Shown here: positions 36,511 to 46,475 of the stretch, one piece after another
Layout of the letters: each line of letters opens with the position of its first letter
Position numbering within the stretch: the first letter of the stretch is position 1
Assembly: GCF_964188315.1 (NCBI RefSeq)
Contig: NC_135663.1
Span: 35,650,001 to 35,714,000 of the forward strand
Origin: Podarcis muralis
Lineage: Eukaryota
Reading direction: 5' to 3'
DNA length: 64,000 bases
Made by a program: the position numbers and the translations under genes
The notes under the pieces: model-generated
Told to the model about the DNA's origin: nothing
The model's input: the letters and a program-made list of their open reading frames with translations, nothing else
Database searches by the model: none

Positions 36511-36943
36511 CAGGGCCAGCCCAAGATATTTTGGCATCTGAGGTGAACCACAAAATGGTGTGTGTGTCCCTGCACTCCCCACCAGGGAAGAAGGGGTGAG
36601 TGAAGAGCCAAATCAACCTTACTCAGCAGCTGAAGTGGGAGTCAAAGGCTGCTGTGGGGGGGAAAGGAGCATGTTCTAAATCATGCTGGGCAGGTGCAGA
36701 ACCCAGAACACCTGAGGGGGCAGCACCTGCCATTTCCTACCTAATGATCGGAGAGCAGCATTATACCTTCTATTCACCAAGAGGCCGTTATAGATGTGGC
36801 ATGGCGGAGGGAAGGGGGCTGTTGAGGAGATGGCAGATGCAGCCGCCAAAGACGCAGTCGACAATGCTGGAAATGCTGCCCATTTGAATCCTGCTGCCTG
36901 AGGCAGTCACCTTGCCTTGCCTCATGGGAGGGCCGGCCCCATG
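36511..36943. mobile_element. hAT-like MITE with CAGGGCC(A/G)GCCC ends
   Basis: Left CAGGGCCAGCCC, right GGGCCGGCCC; subterminal …GCCTGAGGCAG…TGCCTCATGG; TSD not clear. Confidence 0.6.
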
Positions 36944-37594
36944 AAAATTAGAGGTAATTTTGCTCTGAAAATGTGCTTAGGGAATGGGGAGGTGAGAAAA
37001 GAGAAGGGAAAGTGTAGTAAGAAATAGGATTTCTATTCCGGGGAAATCATGCACTTACAAACAGCTTTCCTTCCCCCACCACCTTAGTTAACTTAGCCAG
37101 CATAGTGCCATTAAGGCCAGTTAGCAGATCTTTAGCAGTCACCACACCTGCTTATTACAGCACACTGAATGTGAGTCAGAGCTGGAAAACTTACAGCTCA
37201 AAGGGTAGGAGGTGGAGCAGTGTGTGAAATATGTCTGGCAAAGTAATGTGATCAGCCTGAGCAATGCCGCCTGCATCAAGACATTGCTAGTATCTTTTTG
37301 TCACTAATATCAGCTAAAAACAATAAACCAAAGGACAAACAATGGCTTCTCCACCTCCCCAGGTCCCCTTCCACAAATTATAGTAATTGATTTAGTCAAA
37401 GCAGGGGTAGAAAGTTGGGATAGATTACTTTCAATACAGCTTGGCAAAATTGTACTCACCCACTCAATAAGTATATTCCACCACTAGCACAACTGCCACC
37501 CATGGATGATCAGAGCTGTATCTCAACCACCCCCACAACCCACACCAATTGCAATGATTCGGATGCTTTTGTTAAAATGAGCAGGGCAATATGA

Positions 37595-37760
37595 GAACAT
37601 AGGAAGGTGCCTTATAATGAGTCAGGCAATTGGTCCGTCCAGCTTAATGCCGACTACAGTGAATAACAGTATCACTTCAGGGTTTCCCAGCCCTACCTGG
37701 AGATGTCAGGATTGAAACCATTACCTTCTATGTGCAAAGCATGTTCTCAACCACTCAGCT
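37595..37760 (-). mobile_element. Squam2-like SINE
   Basis: AACATAGGAAGGTGCCTTATAATGAGTCAG…CCCAGCCCTACCTGGAGATGTCAGGATTGAA…GCAAAGCATG. Confidence 0.7.
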
Positions 37761-38589
37761 TCCCCTAATTTAGTGCATGATATGATACATTTGGCTACAA
37801 ATCACTTGCCCCTTGGACAAGTCACTTCCCAACCCTGCAAACAAAAGTATTACCGTAATTTATGCAACAACTTTGCAAAACAGGGAAGAATACACAATGC
37901 AATGATCCTCTGGTCACTTCTGAAAGAACACAAGTGAAGGAAGCCAAGCTTTTATGCCTATTTTCCACAACATGAATTAACATCACCATGTTTAGGCAAA
38001 GGAAGCCTCAAAGTAACTAGAAATGTGTCTGGGAGGACACACCTTCTTGATATATTGCATTAGCCTAGCAACAAGAGCACAAGAACAAAATAATTCTGGG
38101 TGTCCATCAAGCTGTGTTGGCAAATATGTGTGTTACTAAGGCAAAGCTGCTCCATCACTTTTGCCTTCGGTCGTGACCTACAAAACAAATGAAAGAAGGC
38201 AAGAAGAAGGCCTGACCATTTTGCTCAATACTAAGGCAAGAATTTCAGACAACTCTCAACTGAAAGCAACACCATGTTCACTGCTGAATCTGTGGCAGAG
38301 TGGAGGGTGGTCTGCATATAGGATGGAGCTGCATTTCCTTGGTAGGCCTACTGTAGGAGGACTACTGAAGAGGGAATGCAGTTTGTTTGGTTGACTTTCA
38401 GTTGTCCTTGAAACAAGCATTTAGGTGCTGATTAAGTACTTTCCTACCTGCCTGCTATATCTTACCCCATCTTATTATTTTGTTTGCATAACAATCTTAT
38501 CATGGGAGGATTCTTGTATGCATGTTTTGTGGTTGGGAGCACTGTGTTAGGCAATGAAGATATGTCAGCCTACCATCAATTAAATGGCT

Positions 38590-38960
38590 TTTCCCAGAAG
38601 TAGTGATCCAGACATGGATCTTACAGCCCAGGAATTCTCCAGAGGGGGCCTTTTTGGAGATAGTGGCCTGATTATGGAACGCCATCCCCAAGGAAGGTCA
38701 CCAGGCACCAACATTTAAAAACTTTCAGTACCAATAGAATACATTTTTATTTACGTTGGGGGGTTTTTTGCCCTTGGAATGGGTTTTAACTGCTTCTATG
38801 CTGGTTGTAGTGGTTTTAAACCAGTCAAATGGTTTTTAACACTTTGCTTCTTTTAAATTAATGGTTTAATTGTATATTGACCTCTACAGGAACTGTCCAG
38901 AGAACTGTGGTGATTGGGTGGCCAGCAAATGTTCTACATTTAAAAAATAGTTTGGGTTGT
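38590..38960 (+). mobile_element. Old L2-like 3' fragment
   Basis: Remnant LWNAIPKEGHQAPTFKNF resembles the L2 LWN.LP.EVR.AP.L..F motif. Confidence 0.6.
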
Positions 38961-39339
38961 GATTGTTGTTTTTGGTCTTTCCCAAATATGGTTATAGTCC
39001 AACCAACTTGTGTCTGCCTTGTGCCCTCTCTTCAGCTGCCTTTTCCTACACAAACGTCTTTTTTGTTTTTACAGGGGCCAATCAGCTTTAACTGACCAGC
39101 ACCTGGATCGTAAAATGTCTCTGAAGGAGTGTGGGGGGACGACTGAGGAGAAAAGGCAAAACAAGATGAAGTCAGAAAGCAACCCAAAACCAGAGGGACT
39201 TTTTGTTGGGAGACTGGTGGGGGAAGGGAAGAGACCATTCAAAACAGTGGTGTCTCCATGGCAATATCCTCAGGAGCTAAAGAATGCACACTAGGCCAAA
39301 GCCTCTCTTTGGCGCAGAATCCACAAAGTGCATCTCCCA

Positions 39340-39620
39340 ATAAACAGTACAAAGAAGAGGAGGGGAGAAGGCGAGCCCAGAGAGCTGCTGAAAAGAGGCT
39401 GAGCTGGAGACCCGGGAGCTGAGTCAGCCGCAGACAGCAGGCTCTGAGCTCTTTAGCTGAGTAAATGAGAGGCTGCGGGAGGGTTCTCCCTGGGCCCTGG
39501 CGTGATTGATTCCGCTAATGACAGGGCTTTGTGACTTTTCACTAGCTAGTAATAGCTGCCTGAATGGGCAGAGGAAGGAGCTTGCTGCGCAAATAAATGA
39601 GTAATGATCTGCAAAGCCCT
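39340..39620. promoter_or_regulatory. Candidate enhancer (AP-1, PBX/HOX, MEIS, SOX/TCF motif cluster)
   Basis: TGAGTCA 39420-39426; TGATTGAT 39503-39510; TGACAG 39519-39524; CTTTGT 39527-39532, in non-repetitive, GC-elevated sequence. Confidence 0.4.
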
Positions 39621-42600
39621 CTCCCCTCCCCCTCCCCCTCCTTGATGCAGGACAATGCCAGCTCTGGTCTCCCTCTGCTCAACACTCTTTTTACACATCC
39701 ATGCCATCATGATGAGTGGGAAGAAGAAGAAGAAAAAGCTGCGTGTTTAAAGACAGCCCTTTCCTGCAGGAATAAACCTGCTCCCTCTGGTATCCATTAA
39801 CCTGCTCAGTGCAAGAGAAGCACAACTGATACGAGGCCCCAGTTGGCTTTCGGTGACCCTTTCCAGGCATGGAGAATTTTGCCAAGCTTGGCAACCAATA
39901 AGTGGTCAAAAGTCTTTAGGTTTCTTGACTTCTTCTGCAGTCCAGAGTTGGGCGGATTGTTTTCATGGTCCTTCTAACTGTGTGGCCTCCACTTTTTATT
40001 TTATGTATATGCTTTGTGTCCTTAAAAGATTTGTGTGCTTTCCTGCTTACAAAGCACACAATATGCTCTTCCATAAATTAATAACAATAAGCAAACAAAC
40101 AAACCTCCATATTTCTTGCTAGATGTACTTTTGGAAGTTGATCTGTAATAGTAAAGTTCTCCACATATACCGTTAGTGGCTGCAACTAACTGCCAGCTTC
40201 CCTAAACAGTGGATCTTATACCATCACCTGTTAGCATAAACAGAAAATAAATGGCACTGCTGCCATGTGCTGCTGATGTGCTAAAGCTGCATATGATTGG
40301 ACCACCACATAGGGAGAGTTAAATGCAATTCTCTTTCTCACTGGATCATCACCAGCACTGGTAATGGCTTTTTGGTGGCAACCAAAGATTGGTGTATATT
40401 TAAGGTCATTCAGTCCCACAGCTACTCTCTGAAAGAAGCCTCCATGGTTCCTTTTTTAAAGGTGGGGACTGAGGCCAAGGGGAAATCTGACTTGCCATCA
40501 GTTACTCAGTGTATTTAAATTATTTGAATTTAATCAGAAAACCCTGTTAGTCCACAAATCTCTTGGGAATATATCAAACTCTCACATTGCAAGGGTACAC
40601 AGGTTATCAAATTCTGATGGGTATGTATTCAACTCTTTTCAGAGCAAAGCTTTGGAAATATTGTCTACAAAAGATAAGTATTAGTTGATAAAGATAGTAG
40701 GGCTGTAGAGCAGAAATGGGGGATCTGCAGCTCTCCAGACACTGCTGACCACAACTTTCATCGTTCTTGACCATTTGAAGGACCACAACTTGCTCATTCC
40801 TGCTCTAGAGATTAGGTTGGTGATTGTTAAATCCTAAATTTCTAAGATGTTATATGAAACTGAGAAAAACTATTTTAAATAATAATGATGATAAAACATT
40901 TTTATACCGTCCTTTCTCAAAATTGTTTTCAGGGTAGGTTATAGTGTTTAAAAAGCATACAAATACACAAAACTACAAAACTCAGAACCTGTAATGAAGC
41001 TAGTTTAACAACTTTTTGTTCCATCTGTTTCCAATGGCAAACGCTAGAGAGAAATAATACCAAAAAAAACCTTACAAATTTGTAAATTAGAAAGGGTCAA
41101 TCCACCATGCCTAACTGATTTCTATAAAGTGCCACCCCTAATAAAAACACTGAGTAATGACTACCACTTGGTTCTTCTTGTTTACAAATATAAATAAGGA
41201 TTAGAACAGAAAAATAAATTATGGCAAATACTGTTATCTGGGTGCTAGCTATTTGTGTTAGTCACTCAAAAATTCTTTGTAGACCACTGCTGCAGGCCTT
41301 TGTAGCAAAAAGGGGGAGAGTAACTGAGGTTTCCCCTCTGAAGTTATTCAAATTAAATATAGATTCCCAAGTGCATGCAACGTTTGTTTATTGGATAAAC
41401 TTTATCCCAAGGGAATTAAAAGGGAAACTGCAATGTCTGCTAAATATAGGCTAGTAAACTGATGTTAATTACCTCAGATTTGGAGTAATTGGCCTTATAG
41501 CCAGATATTGATCCCAAACTGTCAAGCTTGTTCATGAGCAGTATAGTATAGCAGAAAGAAAATTCTCATGACATACAAGACCAAGATCCATGTGAATACC
41601 AAGCTTGTGCCCAGTGTCAATACTATAAAAATCCTTAATAACAAGGTTGCTCCCAAGGGTAATGGTTGAAGTGAGACAGGAGATCAGAAGTCTTACCTTG
41701 TGATCTTATAGAGATCATACAGGCAAGGTAGCAAATTAGAAACTATAGTAGGAGTTGTGCAGCTTGCTGCGACAAAAAAAAAAGGTCCAAATCCTATACA
41801 CACACACACACACACACACACTTTTATGTACCACCATTCTATGCAGTCAAAGGCTTTTTCTAGAGCTACCAAAACTATGGTTGATGTTTCAAGACCTTGA
41901 CCATGTGGATTAGATTACAGTGTCTGTTAGTCATCACCCAGGCATAAAACTGGAGTTACTGATTGAATATAACTGCAAATTGTAACAATCTGTTGCTAGG
42001 CTAATATGGAGAAGCCTCTGGGAGGTAGAAGAAATCAATGTACCTTTTTAGAGGGCAAACACCTGATTGGGTGTGGAAATCCCAAATTAAAAATGAATAC
42101 TGGTGTGAAGTTGTCTCCACACCCCTTCAGTCTCAGGTCACTTTCAGTTAAAAAGAAATTATATCACTGAAATGACATTTATACTGAACCAAAAAGTATG
42201 TGGAAAGAACCGAGTCCACTCTCACATTTAACTCTCCTTCTTCCTGCATTGCTATGTGGGCTTCAAAGCCAAAACTCTACAGATTTTTTCAAACTTAGAT
42301 CTTATTCTATTCTCCAAGCTTGAATAACCTTAACATACCTAAGATTTTGCAGGTACCTAGCATCTTGATCATAATAAAGCTGCATGGGATACCGCAATGG
42401 TTCTGGAATCCTGCATAGGATATGTGGTGCATGAGCCATGGCACTGGGACACTGGCAAGTACATATATGGGACAGGCAGAACATATCCACATCTTTAAAG
42501 CATCCATGTACGCATTAAGGTACCTGGTATAATCAATAAAGCCTCATTTAGTTTACTGTGGTTTTCCTCTCACAGATCTAAAATTCCCAGCACCCTTAAA

Positions 42601-42644
42601 CTACAGTTCCCAGGATTATTTGGGGAACTCATGTGCTTCCCCCA

Positions 42645-44150
42645 AAACATGATCCACCTGGAGTAGGAACCAGCAAGCCACTCCCCCATCCCTGCCAAGA
42701 AAACTCCATGGACAAAGACAACAGGCATATAAAAGTTATGACGCTGGAAGATGAGCCCCTCAGGTCAGAAGGCGTCCAACATGCTACTGAGGAAGAGCGG
42801 AGGACAAGTACAAGTAGATTCAGAGCTGATGAAGCCACTGGGCCAAAGCCGAAAGGTCGCTCAGTTGCGGATATGCCTGGAAGTGAAAGGAAAGTCCAAT
42901 GCTGTAAAGAAAAATATTGCATAGGAACCTGGAATGTAAGAACCATGAACCTGGGTAAGTTGGATGTGGTCAAAAATGAAATGGCAAGAATAAATATTTA
43001 CATCCTGGGCATCAGTGAACAAAAATGGATGGGAATGGGCAAATTCAGTTCGGATGACCATCATACCTACTACTGCAGGCAAGAATCCCGTAAAAGAAAT
43101 GGAGTGGCCCTCATAGTCAACAAAAGAGTGGCAAAAGCTGTACTGGGATGCAATCTCAAAAATGACAGAATGATCTCAATACGAATCCAAGGCAGACCTT
43201 TTAACATCACAGTAATCCAAGTTTATGCACCAACTACCGGTGCTGAAGAAACTGAAATTGACCAATTCTATGAAGACTTACAACACCTTCTAGAAATGAC
43301 ACCAAAGAAGATGTTCTTCTCATTATAGGGGATTGGAATGCTAAAGTAGGGAGTCAAGAGATAAAAGGAACTGAGAAGTTTGGCCTTGGAGTCCAAAATG
43401 AAGCAGGGCAAAAAGGCTAATAGAGTTCTGTCAAGAGAACAAGCTGGTCATCACAAACACTCTTTTCCAACAACACAAGAGACAACTCTACACATGGACA
43501 TCACCAGATGGGCAGCATCGAAATCAGGTTATATTCTCTGCAGTCAAAGATGGAGAAGCTCTATACAGCAAGCAAAAACAAGACCTGGAGCTGACTGTGG
43601 CTCAGATCATCAGCTTCTTATAGCAAAATTCAAACTTAAACTGAAGAAAGTAGGAAAAACCACTGGGCCAGTAGGATAAAATCTAAATCAAATCCCTTAT
43701 GAATACACAATGGAAGCGAGGAACAGGTTTAAGGATTTAGATTTGGTGGACACAGTGCCTGAAGAACTATGGATGGAGGCTCATAACATTATACAGGAGG
43801 CAGCAACGAAAACCATCCCAATGAAAAGGAAATGCAAGAAAGCAAAGTGGCTGTCCAACGAGGCCTTACAAATAGTAGGGGAGAGAAGGCAAGCAAAATG
43901 CAAGGGAGATAGTGAAAGATACAGGAGATTGAATGTAGATTTAGTCTACATCCCAATCCCAAAGAAGGGCAGTGCCAAAGAATGCTCCAACTAACGCACA
44001 ATTGCACTCATTTCACACGCTAGCAAGGTTATGCTTAAAATTCTACAAGGCAGGCTTAAGCAGTATGTGGACTGAGAACTCCCAAAAGTGCAAGCTGGAT
44101 TTCAAAGGGACAGAGGAACCAGAGACCAAATTGCAAACATGTGCTGGATT
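42645..44150 (+). mobile_element. BovB (RTE clade) LINE 5' portion: endonuclease to start of RT; frameshifted, internally deleted, 3'-truncated
   Basis: Translation KEKYCIGTWNVRTMNLGKLDVVKNEMARINI.ILGISE…RNGVALIVNKRV…NDRMISIRIQGRPFNITVIQVYAPT (APE endonuclease) and later YIPIPKKGSAKECSN..TIALISHASKVMLKILQ; BovB-type 5' leader. Confidence 0.93.
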
Positions 44151-45843
44151 AAACACAAAGTGGCCATTTGCGATCTGCCTAGTGAGATTAAATACCAACT
44201 AGCTGAAAGATAAAGAGAACAATAATATGCAACCTTGCTAAACTGTGTGCCACTTTCTGTAAGCTCACCCTAACTACTTTGCTATGCACAATAATCAATG
44301 GCTAGTAATGATACTGACCAAATGCACTTAACATTTCTGCCAGAGATTTGCAGCATGTATCAGAAGGATGATGGGCCTTCCCAGCTTGCTTTATGGTGGC
44401 TTGTGGAGGTTGATCCAGCAGCTAAGGAATAAACTTGATCTCTGACTCATCCTCTTTAGTGACTAACTTTTATTTCGGAAAAGGTTGCAGCTGCTAAATC
44501 AGAGGAGGCCAGGATAGTTTGCTTCTTCTGCAATAAGCCACAACACTACTCTCTGTGTGTCTAAATGCTCAGTGCCAAATTGGAAAAAGTGCTGGATCCC
44601 AGTGGTATGCTGGAAAATAATGTGGGGTCTTTTTAAATAACTTGACCTCCCGAAGCTTCAGAGTATAGTACAACGACCCCATGCTGCCAGTGAATATTGG
44701 CAGCATAGTCATGAGTCCTCATTCTACTTACATAAAATTCAGAGTTAGGAAGAGGGAAGCTAGTGTCTACAGCACCAAGGACACTAAACAGGGCCCTCAC
44801 TTTCATAAAAGACATTTGGAGTGTAAGTAAAACAAAGAAATCCAATCCAATCAGAAGATAAACAAAGCGATTTCACAGAAGCTGTACATCAGGTTTGGGG
44901 AACATTTAGCCCTCCAGATGTTGTTGAACTCAACTCATATTAGCCCTAGCCAGCATGGCCAATGAATGGCCTTACTAAATAGTCTCCACAGAGACATAAT
45001 AATTTGGGCAGTGGAATTACTGACCTTGTTTCACCATTGCGTGGAAGTCTAAACTTACTGATACAGAATCAAGGCATGATTATTATGTCTAGAGTTGAAC
45101 ATGGTCTTCAGTTGGCACTTTGATCTCTTAAGTAAGTGCAAACTTTTAAAATTATGTTTTTAAAAAATCAAGGAAAGCAATTAGCCTACACTTGAAGACT
45201 GAAAACAGAACACTGGAAGCTACTTTTCCTACAAAATTAAGTGATAGCATATGCGCTGAGCAACTTGCTGTGCTTCCCAAGGGAGCTCTTCCCCATATGT
45301 TAGCTGGTTCTTTAGAGCAGTGTTTCCCAACCACTGTTCCGCGGCACACTAGTGTGCCGCGAGATGTTGCCTGGTGTGCCGCGGGAAAAATTAAAAAATT
45401 GAAAGATTTTTTTTTTTTTAAGTCAAATTTTCGATTGGGGCGCCGTCACTAGATGACCCCTGGGGTTCCCTCCCTCCCTCCCGCTCTGCGCCTCCCTCCT
45501 CCTCCTCCTCCTCCGGGGAGGCCCTTCCTGGCTCTCGGCCAAGGCTTGGCGGCTGCCACTCACTCACTCGCTAGCCCACCCGTCCCTCCATCCCTGCACC
45601 CGGCCTCTCCCCCTCCGTCCCTGGCGCGGGGGCTGCCGGGATCCGTAGTCCCCTCGCCCTTGGGCTCCGCGCCCGCGCGGGGTGCGCAAACTACGTTTCC
45701 CAGCGTGGCCTGGCGGGCCGGGCGTTTTGTTTGAAGCGCTCTTCTCCCGGCCATGGAATGAGCGCGGCGGCCGGGCGGGCAGGGGCTCTTCCGCGCAGAC
45801 CCCGCGCAGCCTGCCTGCGCCCCCGCGGAGATCGGGCGGCAGG

Positions 45844-45900
45844 ATGGAGGCCGGGGATCCCCGCGGAGGCGGAGCGGCGGAGGCTGCGGCTGCCCCCCAG
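45844..45900 (+). pseudogene. Candidate captured first coding exon (MEAGDPRGGGAAEAAAAPQ)
   Basis: Strong Kozak (GCAGGATGG), 19 codons, CAG|GTAGGG donor; parent gene not recognised; no matching downstream exon identified. Confidence 0.4.
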
Positions 45901-46334
45901 GTAGGGCTGCGTCGGGGGTTTTTTATTTTTGCAATGCTGCATCCGCGCCGGAGGGGACGCATCGGACCGCGGGGAGACCTCTTGGCGGGCGTGCAAGGCA
46001 ATGCATGCGTGCAGGCGTTGCATGGAGTGCAGTGCAATGCAATGGCAACACGGCACCCTGCATGCATGCATGCAACTTCCACCGGCGCTCCGGACTTGGC
46101 AGGTGAGGGGGGTCCCCAGTGGGCGGCAGAGAGAGCTGGGAGGGCGAAGGGGAGCCGGGGGGGGAGCAGCGCTGCTCCCCGAGCCGAGTCCAGGGGGAAA
46201 CTTCGGCGCCGTTGCGCCGGGTGTTGGAAGCGGAGGCTGGCGGGGGCCCCTCACCTGCAAAACCTGGTCGCCTCTCATATATTTCGTGCATTGCATTCAT
46301 CGCCCGCTTTCTCCTCCAAGGAGCTCCCGGGGGC

Positions 46335-46475
46335 GCGCGTGGTTCTCCCCGTGTTATCCTCGCAACAACAGCCCTGCGAGGTGGGTCAGGCGAGTGGCCC
46401 AAGGGAGCACCCAGGGATTGTCCTGGCCAGGTGGGGTGATTTGAACCCTGCTCTCTGCCCGGTCTTCGTCCTCAT
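46335..46475 (-). mobile_element. Old Squam3/MIR-like SINE relic within the hAT cargo
   Basis: TTATCCTCGCAACAACAGCCCTGCGAGGTGGGTCAGGC…TGGCCCAAGG…CACCCAG…GATTTGAACCC is the reverse complement of a CORE SINE. Confidence 0.6.

Noticed and set aside
39244-39264. Minus-strand Kozak ATG reading METPL, resembling the VGLL4 N-terminus
   Set aside because: The frame stops after METPLF, and no other VGLL4-like exon was found.
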